Positions 1 to 11,115 of a stretch of 64,000 nucleotides of DNA are shown in pieces. The DNA comes from Candidatus Wildermuthbacteria bacterium. Its GTDB lineage: Bacteria > Patescibacteriota > Minisyncoccia > Minisyncoccales > UBA10102. Numbering within the stretch: position 1 is the stretch's first letter; every line of letters starts with the position of its first letter. The position numbers and the translations under genes are program-made. The stretch is taken from contig JACOZJ010000004.1 of NCBI GenBank assembly GCA_016181405.1, forward strand, positions 5,479 to 69,478, in the 5' to 3' direction. The notes beneath the pieces were generated by a model that was not told the origin of the DNA, did no database searches, and saw only the letters and a program-made list of their open reading frames with translations.

Positions 1-200
1 ACTTCGCCCACCAGCTGCTCGGTTACGCGCCTGCCATAACTTGTCATATGTCTGCTTCCCACAACCGCCAAGCAATCTGTAAACAGTTCTTCTGCCCATG
101 TACCTTTGTAATACAGTCGGGCTGGCGCATCTGGAATTCCCCGAAGCAGCGCAGGATACAAGGCATCTTCCTTATAAATAATGTGCGTATCTCTTACCAT
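1..200 (-). CDS. dprA: DNA-processing protein DprA/Smf, N-terminal part (runs off the window)
   Basis: Minus-strand translation from ATG at 200: MVRDTHIIYKEDALYPALLRGIPDAPARLYYKGTWAEELFTDCLAVVGSRHMTSYGRRVTEQLVGE. This matches the DprA pattern LYPxLLxxIxDPPxxLYxxG...AVVGSRxxSxYG. The ATG overlaps the stop of the upstream ORF (ATGGTAA). Confidence 0.75.
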   Translation of the reverse strand, partial: MVRDTHIIYKEDALYPALLRGIPDAPARLYYKGTWAEELFTDCLAVVGSRHMTSYGRRVTEQLVGE

Positions 201-679
201 AAACTAGCGAGCCAACCTACATACTCTTCCATAATCTGGCCAACTGCCGCACCGTATGACTCGAAAGCCGAGGAATGAAGAACGCGCGCCATCTGCTCTT
301 GGCCGAGAGAAACATTTACCGCGAACAATACAATAACGAGCAAAGTAGCGCAAGCAAACTGGAGTTTTCGCTGAAACTCGATTTGCCGGACAACCTCTTC
401 TGGCCTATTATCCTCCCATACATCGGAATCGGGAGCGTATATCGGTAAATTAGTAGGTGGGGTTAATTCACGTGAAACCCGATTTCCATAAACTCCTTTT
501 TTGTATTCCTCTGACTTTTGACTATATTCCTGCAACCACTCTCGGGTCGTCGCCCAATTACGTCCAAGCTTTACTGCTTTTAATTTTTTCTGGCGCGCGC
601 GCAAACTCAAATACTCTTGAGAATAATCACAATATTGCGTAGCTGCTTTCAACGAAATAAAATCGCTTTCTTGAGCCAT
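194..679 (-). CDS. Hypothetical protein with N-terminal helix-turn-helix (excisionase/MerR-like) and one C-terminal TM helix
   Basis: 161-aa ORF. The N-terminus FISLKAATQYCDYSQEYLSLRARQKKLKAVKLGRNWATTREWLQEY resembles a short HTH DNA-binding domain. Hydrophobic stretch ACATLLVIVLFAVNV. Translationally coupled to dprA. Confidence 0.55.
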   Translation of the reverse strand: MAQESDFISLKAATQYCDYSQEYLSLRARQKKLKAVKLGRNWATTREWLQEYSQKSEEYKKGVYGNRVSRELTPPTNLPIYAPDSDVWEDNRPEEVVRQIEFQRKLQFACATLLVIVLFAVNVSLGQEQMARVLHSSAFESYGAAVGQIMEEYVGWLASLW

Positions 680-718
680 ATCCGATATATATTATTTTCC
701 CAAATAAAATCGTACGGG

Positions 719-1810
719 TCAATCCCGAACCTTGATTGCCAACAAAATACCCAACCCGATATATGTTACGATAAGCAATCCTCCCCCATAACTTACAAAT
801 GGGAGGGATAAACCTATGATAGGCAAAAACCCAAGATTCATGCCTACGTTAACGAACGCCTGCACAATAAGCAAAGCAGCTAAACCAGTGGCGTATAGTC
901 TTGCGAAATTATCTTGCGCCCCGGCGCCGATTTTCAAAATCCGCCACACCAAAAGCGTGAAGAGCAAAAAGAGCAGTGAAATCCCCAAAAAGCCAAATTC
1001 CTCGCCAATTGCGGCGAAAATAAAGTCAGTTTGAGGCTCGGAAAGAAATCCATACTGGGTTTGTGTCCCTTGAGCGAATCCTTTCCCAAAAATTCCACCG
1101 TTGCCAACTGCTATTTTTGCCTGCTCTTGGTTCCATCCGATACCTAATGGATCTAGCTCTGGCTCGAGAAAGCTTATAATCCTGTTTTTTTGGTAGTCTA
1201 AAAGAAAGGCAGACCATCCTACAGCAAACACAAGAATCCCGACAGTAATTATGGCAGCAAGATGCCAAAATCGAATCCCCGCCACAAGCAGAAGGATGAT
1301 CCATAAAGCCCCGAGGAGAACAAGCGAACCAAGGTCGGGCTGAAACGCTATGAGCAGCATCGGAACAAAAAAATAAAGACCGGTAAGCACAATGTGTCGT
1401 ATCCGATAGACTTCGATATGCCGTAGAGCGAAATATTTTGCTGCTATAATTACTAAGATAAGCTTCATATACTCTACCGGATCTACTGATATGCCTCCTA
1501 AACGATACCATCTCTGTGTGCCGCGAATTTCCGGCGCGAATATAAAAAGCCCTGCCAAAGCTATAAGCCCAACAATATACAAGAAAAGGATAAAGTAGGG
1601 GGCGTTGCGCAAGAGGCGATAATCAAAAAATGATATCGCAAACATCCCCAGAAGCCCGATAGCCAAAAATATAATCTGCTTTTCAAAATTGCCAAAATTG
1701 TCCCTCGCAATTGAGGAACTGTAAATAGAAACAAGCCCCAGAGCAACTAATGCGAGAGAGCTCCCAACCAAAATCCAATCGAGGCGTTTAAGGTGATTAA
1801 TAATAAACAT
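719..1810 (-). CDS. rodA: SEDS-family peptidoglycan glycosyltransferase (FtsW/RodA/SpoVE family)
   Basis: 363 aa and polytopic. The family-typical C-terminal motif is LPFVSYGGGLLIVTYIGLGILLAI, with GIGWNQEQAKIAVGNGGIFGKGF upstream. Choosing rodA over ftsW is uncertain. Confidence 0.85.
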   Translation of the reverse strand: MFIINHLKRLDWILVGSSLALVALGLVSIYSSSIARDNFGNFEKQIIFLAIGLLGMFAISFFDYRLLRNAPYFILFLYIVGLIALAGLFIFAPEIRGTQRWYRLGGISVDPVEYMKLILVIIAAKYFALRHIEVYRIRHIVLTGLYFFVPMLLIAFQPDLGSLVLLGALWIILLLVAGIRFWHLAAIITVGILVFAVGWSAFLLDYQKNRIISFLEPELDPLGIGWNQEQAKIAVGNGGIFGKGFAQGTQTQYGFLSEPQTDFIFAAIGEEFGFLGISLLFLLFTLLVWRILKIGAGAQDNFARLYATGLAALLIVQAFVNVGMNLGFLPIIGLSLPFVSYGGGLLIVTYIGLGILLAIKVRD

Positions 1811-1823
1811 CGATTTTTTCTTT

Positions 1824-3872
<2,049 letters not shown>

Positions 3873-3939
3873 CTATACAAAACAAAGGCGGGGGTCTATG
3901 CCTCCCTTCTGGTGCAAAATGGCACAGGTTAGATATATT

Positions 3940-4392
3940 TTATCTGTCGGTTTGAACGTTTCGGATAGATGCCGGAGTAGCGAGGGTGCGCTGGAACTGC
4001 CCTTTTGACTCTATGCAGTAGTAATCACCCGGACAGTCTGGGTCGGTGTCGGGTTTCAATTCAAGCTCGTATTCTGACTCGTTCGGAAGCGCTTGGCCAC
4101 CAACGGGGAGATTGCTATTTACGCAATCAAATACATCGGGCACGTTCGCGGGTACTGGCTCGATTGCGTTACACTCAACCCTATCTACATAAAGACCGCG
4201 CTCTGCGCCCGCGTCCGCGGCTCCAAAAGCAAATACCGAATCTCCCAAGCCGCGCAGCTGCTGCAGCTGGGATACGGTAATTCCGCTCACGCCAACTCCG
4301 ATAGCCAAAAGTATCGCTGTAAGCATAATGGCGAGGAATAGCGCGGAACCCTTCTCGAGTTCTCTGGGATTTTTAGGGTTATTGCACCACAT
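3940..4392 (-). CDS. Pilus-associated protein, PilX-like (N-terminal TM, no canonical prepilin motif)
   Basis: 150 aa. N-terminus EKGSALFLAIMLTAILLAIGVGVSGITVSQLQ. Last gene of the minor-pilin block and overlaps the upstream pilin gene. Confidence 0.55.
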   Translation of the reverse strand: MWCNNPKNPRELEKGSALFLAIMLTAILLAIGVGVSGITVSQLQQLRGLGDSVFAFGAADAGAERGLYVDRVECNAIEPVPANVPDVFDCVNSNLPVGGQALPNESEYELELKPDTDPDCPGDYYCIESKGQFQRTLATPASIRNVQTDR

Positions 4393-4975
4393 CGAATGTT
4401 CGCTGGGAAACAGTTGTTTGCATCCTGACCTTTGCGGCCGATCCTTCCCCCTCAGCCTCGATTACAAAAGTTATGCGAGGTTGCATAGCATCGTGCTCAT
4501 CTGCGCCAAGCTGCTCAATGCGGAAATCTGTGACAGTCATCTTGTCTGGCGTAAGAGACTGGGCAGCGCCAAAGTTTACAGCCTGATGGTCTGTGGATAC
4601 CTCCTCTAAAATCCGCTGGTTGATGCTATCAAAAGAAATTCGCCGGCATATGCCATTCCGATCGAGAAACGTAACCGAATCATTTGTAGCCGAAACTTCA
4701 TAGTTCCAACCCGGACCCACAACTGTAAGACATACGGCAGGATCGGTGAGCTCTTTTTTCGCTTGCCGCAATGCTCTCCCTATATATTCTGCCCGAAAGG
4801 AAACTTGGTTCGCGCTTTCTTGTATTGAAAGTGTATTCCGTTGAGCGACAAACCCAGAAATAAACAACTGGAATACGAGCCCTACCAAGAGAGCAAACAA
4901 CGCAAAAGCTACCACCATTTCAATCAGGGTGAAACCGCGAGACTCACACCTCCTGGAAGATACTGTATGGGGCAT
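4379..4975 (-). CDS. Type IV pilin-like (minor pilin) protein with prepilin N-terminal methylation motif
   Basis: Motif SRGFTLIEMVVAFALFALLVGLVF (G|FTLIE). The ATG at 4975 avoids overlap; an alternative ATG lies at 4999. Confidence 0.8.
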   Translation of the reverse strand: MPHTVSSRRCESRGFTLIEMVVAFALFALLVGLVFQLFISGFVAQRNTLSIQESANQVSFRAEYIGRALRQAKKELTDPAVCLTVVGPGWNYEVSATNDSVTFLDRNGICRRISFDSINQRILEEVSTDHQAVNFGAAQSLTPDKMTVTDFRIEQLGADEHDAMQPRITFVIEAEGEGSAAKVRMQTTVSQRTFDVVQ

Positions 4976-4979
4976 AGAA

Positions 4980-5858
4980 TTATGGGTTTGCGATGTCAAA
5001 GCTAATTATAAAATCGGTCACATTCGCATTGTAGAAAGGATCTGTGAGAGGGTCTGAATAATGCCCAGTGCAGCGCACGTAGTAGGTGTAGCTTTCTCCG
5101 TTAGCGAGACCGGAAACATTCTGGGAATGCGCCGTGCCGCCTGTGGTGAAAAAAATGTCGCTCATAGCTGTGTATCGCACGCCAGCTGTAGTAGAATAGC
5201 GGCACGTGGCATTCTGGTTTGTGGTGAGCTCAATAGTAGCGCTGATAGTGCCGGCAGGCAGGATTCCGCTCGGGCTTCCGTTAGAACGCCTAGGCTGTGG
5301 AAGTATAAGCCAGTTGTACAACTCGGTTGAAGCCACCACGCGTTGAGAATGCCAAGAAACCTCCACGTCCACTTTCAACGAATCTCTTGTGGTGTCATCA
5401 ATGGTAATTTTACGCTTAAAAGGCGTTGCGCTCCCTGTGGTGTAATTATATATGCCGTTGCTATCTCGCAAAAGAAACGCGTCAGCGTATGGCTCTAGGT
5501 CCACGCTATCGTACTGCGCCTCGCACCCGGCAGAACAATTGGTTAAATCGACTACCGGCAACGGAGGCCCTGAACAAGAACCAGGATCATCTATAACCCC
5601 TTTCCACGCGTTAGGATTTTGGAACGGATCGCAAAGGGCGTATCGTATGGCAAGAAAGTTGGTGTCGCGCAGATTGCGCACTACTTCGATACCTTCTTGG
5701 GCAAGGTAAGCGGCTTCCAGATTCCGTGCCACATCTCCACTGACGCGCAAGTTGAATACCACAAGCGAATATACTCCTCCCACAACAAGAACAACCACGA
5801 ACGTTGCCGCAATGATTTCAAGAATGGTAAAACCGTTTTCACTTTGCACTTTTTTCAT
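4980..5858 (-). CDS. Type IV pilin-like (minor pilin) protein
   Basis: N-terminus MKKVQSENGFTILEIIAATFVVVLVVGGVY (G|FTILE). ATGA overlap with the upstream gene. Confidence 0.8.
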   Translation of the reverse strand: MKKVQSENGFTILEIIAATFVVVLVVGGVYSLVVFNLRVSGDVARNLEAAYLAQEGIEVVRNLRDTNFLAIRYALCDPFQNPNAWKGVIDDPGSCSGPPLPVVDLTNCSAGCEAQYDSVDLEPYADAFLLRDSNGIYNYTTGSATPFKRKITIDDTTRDSLKVDVEVSWHSQRVVASTELYNWLILPQPRRSNGSPSGILPAGTISATIELTTNQNATCRYSTTAGVRYTAMSDIFFTTGGTAHSQNVSGLANGESYTYYVRCTGHYSDPLTDPFYNANVTDFIISFDIANP

Positions 5859-6523
5859 TGTATCTCAACCACTCCTTTATTGGTAACAGTAATTGTCCTT
5901 GTGTTGTTTGGATCGTTTGTTAAGCCGAGAACAATCCATGCTTTTTTCAGTCGAAGCGGCGACGGCATTGCGTCACCACAACCATCATCACTATTGGTGG
6001 CAGCACTTTGTCTCCTGCAAAGCGCAATCTGGGGGTCAGGAGGGAAAAAAGCAACACTCCAATGATTTGTCGGTCCACCACCTCCCCATGTACCCGCCTC
6101 GGGCTCTCCCTGCACCGATTGAATTTGAACCGAGCTTCCTAGAGAAAATATCTCAAGGTACTCATCTTGTCTCGCCCCGGTCCTATACCCCTCTTTATCT
6201 ATGCCATTACAGTTTGCGAAAACTCTATATTCATCTGGGGTGCTTGCATCGAAATAGATTCCGAAGCCAGAAAGTCCTTCACTCGTTGCATCGCAAGGAT
6301 CTTCCTGCCTCGCCTGCAAAGCATAATTCATCGCCAGCCGAATATCCTGCATAACTCTATGCGCAGCCTGATCGAGTTTCACGCTATCTTGTATGGTGCG
6401 AAAGCTCCAAAATCCGATTCCCGATAAAATCCCGATAACCCCAACCACCACCACAAGCTCCATGAGGGTGAAACCGCGAGATCGCTGGCTTATAGTTGAT
6501 GCTCTAGAGTTATCATTTGTCAT
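5855..6523 (-). CDS. Type IV pilin-like (minor pilin) protein
   Basis: N-terminus ...SQRSRGFTLMELVVVVGVIGILSGIGF (G|FTLME). Confidence 0.8.
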   Translation of the reverse strand: MTNDNSRASTISQRSRGFTLMELVVVVGVIGILSGIGFWSFRTIQDSVKLDQAAHRVMQDIRLAMNYALQARQEDPCDATSEGLSGFGIYFDASTPDEYRVFANCNGIDKEGYRTGARQDEYLEIFSLGSSVQIQSVQGEPEAGTWGGGGPTNHWSVAFFPPDPQIALCRRQSAATNSDDGCGDAMPSPLRLKKAWIVLGLTNDPNNTRTITVTNKGVVEIQ

Positions 6524-6526
6524 TGA

Positions 6527-9517
6527 TTAAAACGGTGAAACTTCCCGCCAGCCCGGGAATGGAATATGCACATTGAAAGACTGCTGATAGCTGCAAAAGT
6601 TGCCGTACGTGGGCTCTGTAACAGTTAACTTCATGGTTTGTCCTGTGAGGAGATCGTCAAAAATGCGTTCTTGAGATCCTCTACAGCTGGGGTCACTGGT
6701 TGAATCGCATGTCCAACCTCCACCCCCCACCTCCCATTTATATTCGGGAGTATAAGCTCCTGCCGCACAATCAGCCGGAGGAGAATCTGCGCAGTTAAAC
6801 GGAAGATTTGTCTGATTTATATTCCCGGGCTGGCTGCACCAGCAGCGTGAGGTATCGCGAAACTCTACTACTTCGCCCAATACAGGATTTTCCGGAACTA
6901 TTTCAAAACTCGGTGCTGGAGCCCGATGCATAATGGTGTAGAAACGACCCGCGCTGGGCCAATTCGTTATTGCTGGAGCGGGTGCCTGCGGCGGATCAAG
7001 AGGAGCCCACTCTGACCATTTCGCCCATACCCCTTGGTCGTCTTTCACCCTAACTGCCCAATAATACGCATCTTGCGACAGAAGAGTTCTATTAAAGAGA
7101 GGATGGGATACATTCAATATATTCCCTGATGTTGGAATATAAACCTCTGCGGTGTTGCCAGGATCACAGGTGCCACCGGTTGGATTTGGTATGTCACTAT
7201 CCATGCCGGGACAACTGTTGGTGGCTACCGGACACCCTCCCGCAAGACACACAGCGAATGAATCTGCAACTTCTTGCACCAACACTTGAAAAGCATCCTG
7301 AACATCATCTGGGTTTGGATCGCTAAAATCCCAATGGAGCTCCACGCGGCCAGTGTTGGCGCTGCAATACGCCCCGCCGCCGGCAAGATCTTGCGCGCCG
7401 AGGTTAATGGCGCTTGGAGGAGCATTTAAATCAAGCGTAACCGCGTACTGGGGGATTGCCCCGTCGGTGCCGCTGTTAAAAGAAATCCATCCGACCACAT
7501 CGCCTCCCCACGCCCATCCTTCGACTTCTCGGGTCGTTTTCTCCCATTTCAAGCCGTAATTGCCTCCTCCCCCACCAGCAATTAAGGCATTGATTTCGCC
7601 CGCATCAAGCGCTCTATTATAAATGCGGATATCATCCATAAACCCCCGATAATCTGAATTTCGCGCACGGGGATCGGTGCCAAAATACAGATCATAGCGT
7701 CCATTGTCTCCTGGTATATATCCGTTGAGAGGGTCGGGAGGAGGTGGGGGAACGGGAGGGTCCGAACACACCTTTTTATCGTTACAGGTATCTGTGATTG
7801 AGTACTGAATATCTCCTGAATAAGGTTCAATACCTTTTTCTACTCCATCAACATAGATTCTCACATTAGATCCATCAAATGTTCCTGCAATGTGGTGCCA
7901 ATCCCCGTCTAAAATATCCATGTTTGATTCTGCAATTGCATAAGTATTAGAACCTCCTGCATTATTAACCTTAAACAAAGGGCCTCCATCGCTTTGTTGT
8001 TCCACAACCAAGATATAGTTGTTATCCATGGACACCACTTCATATCTTGTAAAATCAGTGGGGGATTCCACATTGACCCATGCAGCCACGGTAATAACAC
8101 AAGGCATAAGCTCGTGGGTTCCACAAGGTTTTGGCGGCGGGCCAGAAACAATGTCTCGTACTGCCACATAATCCTCTTGAGAATTACTACTCCTCGGGTT
8201 GTCAAACTCCAAAGCTCCAGGGGCAACTTGTACAGTACCTCCCGGAACTTGCCACATATCATCTGGCGCACCCGAAGCAAGCGACGACAAGATCCCATCA
8301 TTTCCTCCAACTGAATCCCGAACAGTTGTTTCTCCTAAACCATACAGTGCCCCGTCGTCCAACCCCCAATGAGCTACCAGTCCATCTCCTCCGCTTCCGC
8401 GAAGCTTAATCCAGCCATCCCAGCCGCCAGCCAGATTGCCCGCTCCAACTCCGGTGCACTTGGCACCATCCCACAAGCTGTCTTGGCATGCTGCAATCAC
8501 GCGAGCCCAGCCGCAGATATCATACGTGCTGCCGCCGCACACCGTGCCGCCTGCAGTCATATCAATCCGCGCAATACATTCGCCCCCTGGGCATACGTCA
8601 TCTGAAGGTGGCGGGCCGGTTACCGCGCGATCAAAATTAACCCATCCCACGTTCGGCGACCAGGCATACCCTTTTAAAATCCCTGTATCAAAGTCCGCCT
8701 GCACCTTATAGGCCTCCGCGGCCGGCGGAATGTTAGAAAACGATTCTCCCCCTAGTGTCCATCTTACATAAAGGCGTGCCGCACCGTTCCTATCCCCCTC
8801 ATAGCTCTCCCAAAGGTGGTTCTGCGATCCACTGTCACTCGTCTTTTTTTCCAACAATACCACCGAATTCAACACGCCACCTGGACCAAGACTATCTACT
8901 ACCTGCTTAAGACCCACTCTAAGATTAGGGGTTTTTGACCACCCAAAAAATGTGCTAGTATCCTCTCGCGTATTATACCAATTCCAGTTTACGGTAGATG
9001 TTATGCCGCCCGGAATATCCCATCTTTCTAGGGGAGTATCTCCGGAAAGAGCATCTGCAGGAAATGGCGAAGGATCCGATGCCAGCTGAAAAGCTAAAGC
9101 GGTAGTAAGTGTAGTCACAGTGCCTTCACGATTCTTGAGCCGAACGTAGGCCTCTTGGATAGTTGCTCCCGCAGGGATTTCCAAATCCGTCCACCTCCAT
9201 CCCCCTACTGTTCTTTTACTATTTGGTCTTCCCGCGTACACTCCCACATCTGTATTGCTATAATCCGGCCAGCCTCCAGCTGCATGATACGCATCGTCTG
9301 AACTTGCAACAATGGGAATTCCAAAATCGTCTTCGGAATTAAATGAAATCCATCCAACTGTTTCGCTCCAGGCAAACCCGAAAGCATCCGCATCTGGTGG
9401 GGACACGGCCACAGCAGTCTGCAAAGCAAAAAACAAACCGAAAATTCCGACGGAAACTGTAATCAGCAACAAAGACAGAAACATCTTGCGGAGGAACAAA
9501 AAACCCATTTCTATCAC
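6527..9517 (-). CDS. Large secreted/anchored protein with LamG (concanavalin-A-like lectin) domain; candidate pilus tip or adhesin component
   Basis: 996 aa with an N-terminal TM segment. LamG-like segment DGDWHHIAGTFDGSNVRIYVDGVEKG ... FMDDIRIYNRAL. Recurring G-x-AW-x(3-5)-GW(I/V)(S/N)F motif, 3 clear copies plus 1 degenerate. Sits between pilD and the minor pilins. Confidence 0.8.
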   Translation of the reverse strand: MIEMGFLFLRKMFLSLLLITVSVGIFGLFFALQTAVAVSPPDADAFGFAWSETVGWISFNSEDDFGIPIVASSDDAYHAAGGWPDYSNTDVGVYAGRPNSKRTVGGWRWTDLEIPAGATIQEAYVRLKNREGTVTTLTTALAFQLASDPSPFPADALSGDTPLERWDIPGGITSTVNWNWYNTREDTSTFFGWSKTPNLRVGLKQVVDSLGPGGVLNSVVLLEKKTSDSGSQNHLWESYEGDRNGAARLYVRWTLGGESFSNIPPAAEAYKVQADFDTGILKGYAWSPNVGWVNFDRAVTGPPPSDDVCPGGECIARIDMTAGGTVCGGSTYDICGWARVIAACQDSLWDGAKCTGVGAGNLAGGWDGWIKLRGSGGDGLVAHWGLDDGALYGLGETTVRDSVGGNDGILSSLASGAPDDMWQVPGGTVQVAPGALEFDNPRSSNSQEDYVAVRDIVSGPPPKPCGTHELMPCVITVAAWVNVESPTDFTRYEVVSMDNNYILVVEQQSDGGPLFKVNNAGGSNTYAIAESNMDILDGDWHHIAGTFDGSNVRIYVDGVEKGIEPYSGDIQYSITDTCNDKKVCSDPPVPPPPPDPLNGYIPGDNGRYDLYFGTDPRARNSDYRGFMDDIRIYNRALDAGEINALIAGGGGGNYGLKWEKTTREVEGWAWGGDVVGWISFNSGTDGAIPQYAVTLDLNAPPSAINLGAQDLAGGGAYCSANTGRVELHWDFSDPNPDDVQDAFQVLVQEVADSFAVCLAGGCPVATNSCPGMDSDIPNPTGGTCDPGNTAEVYIPTSGNILNVSHPLFNRTLLSQDAYYWAVRVKDDQGVWAKWSEWAPLDPPQAPAPAITNWPSAGRFYTIMHRAPAPSFEIVPENPVLGEVVEFRDTSRCWCSQPGNINQTNLPFNCADSPPADCAAGAYTPEYKWEVGGGGWTCDSTSDPSCRGSQERIFDDLLTGQTMKLTVTEPTYGNFCSYQQSFNVHIPFPGWREVSPF

Positions 9518-9535
9518 TTTTAATACAGTTACTCT

Positions 9536-9904
9536 TTAATTAAGTGTCACCCATTTCCACACAGAGGCGATACATACATAAAGGCGAGAGTTCGAAGTAT
9601 CAATAATCGTCCGCCCCTCTGTACCAGCGCCACAGTCTCCTCCAGCAGGAGCGCCAGTTACCGTATCAAGCTGCAGATAAGCGTCTCCACCATCTTTTAC
9701 AACGAGCATATCCTCAAACGAACGAAAGCCGTGAACGCGGAGGACACCGCCCTTTTCCTGCATTGCAGAGCTTACATTAATTGGAGCATCAACATTAGCT
9801 CCGGGAGGCGCCGCGGCTGGCGGCTGAAATGCAAACACGTTATACCCTAGGAGTACTGCCACAAGCGCAATGGCGAATATCAAAGAAGAAAAATATATTT
9901 TCAT
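9536..9904 (-). CDS. Small secreted hypothetical protein in the pilus block
   Basis: 122 aa. Signal/anchor MKIYFSSLIFAIALVAVLLGYNVFA, then a Pro/Ala-rich segment. Confidence 0.55.
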   Translation of the reverse strand: MKIYFSSLIFAIALVAVLLGYNVFAFQPPAAAPPGANVDAPINVSSAMQEKGGVLRVHGFRSFEDMLVVKDGGDAYLQLDTVTGAPAGGDCGAGTEGRTIIDTSNSRLYVCIASVWKWVTLN

Positions 9905-9925
9905 AAATTACTTTATTAACAGTTA

Positions 9926-10210
9926 TTAATTTTGTGAAGGAGCCATAAGATCTTGCCTGACCTTTTCTTTTTGCTCTTCTGACAGAGACTGAAGAGGAGG
10001 ATCCGCCAAATCTTTCGGAATCTGCTGTCTCTGTTCTTCAGAAATTTCGTAGAGAGGAGGAGCCATAAGTTCTCTCTGGATTCTCTCTTCGGGAGTTTCT
10101 TCTTGCAGCGGCCCTTCTGCCTTTTTGTTTGCGTAATAAAATAGAAAAATAAGAAGAGCAGCAAGAATAATAAAAATGGGCTGTATGATTTGTTTTTTGT
10201 CAATGGCCAT
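9926..10210 (-). CDS. Small membrane-anchored protein with three acidic ~19-aa repeats
   Basis: The internal ATG at 10210 (MAIDKKQIIQPIFIILAALLIFLFYY) avoids overlap with pilD. Repeats: PEERIQRELMAPP / EEQRQQIPKDLADPP / EEQKEKVRQDLMAPS. Confidence 0.5.
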   Translation of the reverse strand: MAIDKKQIIQPIFIILAALLIFLFYYANKKAEGPLQEETPEERIQRELMAPPLYEISEEQRQQIPKDLADPPLQSLSEEQKEKVRQDLMAPSQN

Positions 10211-10217
10211 ATACATA

Positions 10218-11015
10218 TTATACCAAAACCAAGTCAAGATACCAATCCACAAGCTCCTTTCCCCACCATAATGCGGTAAATGTTCCTCCAATAAGAAAGG
10301 GGCCGAAGGGCACTTCCGATCTCATCGCCTTTTTCTTCATAATAATGAGCGCAATGCCAACGAGCGCGCCCACGAAAAACGCTGCAAACAGCGCGACAAG
10401 AATGTTTGGCCAACCAAGAAATAATCCCATAAAAAATGCGAGCTTCACATCGCCAAAACCCATGGCCCGCCCCCGAGAAAGCAGAAAAATAGTGAGGAAA
10501 AAAGCAGCAGCAGCAAAACCCGAAACCACAAACCCCAAATCCCAAGCAAACCGAAAACCCAAAACCTCAAGAATCCGATACCCGAGGACAATTCCAATGG
10601 CAGGTAGAAGAATCTTATCTGGCAGAATGTAATGCCGAAGGTCATAAACAAAAAGGACAATCAGCAGACTCGCTATCGTCCAGAGGTAGAAAACGTTTAG
10701 GGTTTCGAAACTTAGAGCTTGATTGAAACTTGAAACTTGAAACTTGAAGCTTAGAAAGAATATCAACCCCGTTGCTATCTCAATTACGGGGTACTGAAGA
10801 GAAATTCGTCTTTTGCAATATCTGCATTTGCCGCCGAGCATTAGAAAGCTCGCAACCGGAATCAAATCCTGCCACGAGAGCCGATGTTTGCAATGCGGAC
10901 AGTATGATCTCCCCCGCAATGCGCTCTCACCTTTTTCCAAACGATCGACCACCGCGTTCAAAAAACTTCCTATAAACAATCCAAAGACGAAAATGGCAAA
11001 CGAAGCAAAAAACAT
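10218..11015 (-). CDS. pilD: Prepilin peptidase (A24 family, PilD-like)
   Basis: 265 aa. N-terminal Zn-cysteine motif SYCPHCKHRLSWQDLIPV...GGKCRYCKRRI. Polytopic, with GFGDVKL (aspartyl active-site motif). Confidence 0.9.
   Translation of the reverse strand: MFFASFAIFVFGLFIGSFLNAVVDRLEKGESALRGRSYCPHCKHRLSWQDLIPVASFLMLGGKCRYCKRRISLQYPVIEIATGLIFFLSFKFQVSSFNQALSFETLNVFYLWTIASLLIVLFVYDLRHYILPDKILLPAIGIVLGYRILEVLGFRFAWDLGFVVSGFAAAAFFLTIFLLSRGRAMGFGDVKLAFFMGLFLGWPNILVALFAAFFVGALVGIALIIMKKKAMRSEVPFGPFLIGGTFTALWWGKELVDWYLDLVLV
10701..10757. repeat. Heptamer-periodic module (GAAACTT units) in frame inside pilD
   Basis: ggtttcgaaacttagagcttgattgaaacttgaaacttgaaacttgaagcttagaaag encodes FKFQVSSFNQALSFET between TM segments. 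Confidence 0.7.
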
Positions 11016-11115
11016 TTCCTTATTGTATCATCGGAACTCACTACTCCACAAGCTTGAGTGAAAAACGATAAAAGTGATACATTAAGTGCAAAGCACACAA
11101 TACGGAATTTCACGC

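Noticed and set aside
48-278. 76-aa plus-strand ORF at the window start
   Set aside because: It is antisense to a convincing DprA N-terminus and to the end of the HTH protein. It has no motif and no SD sequence.
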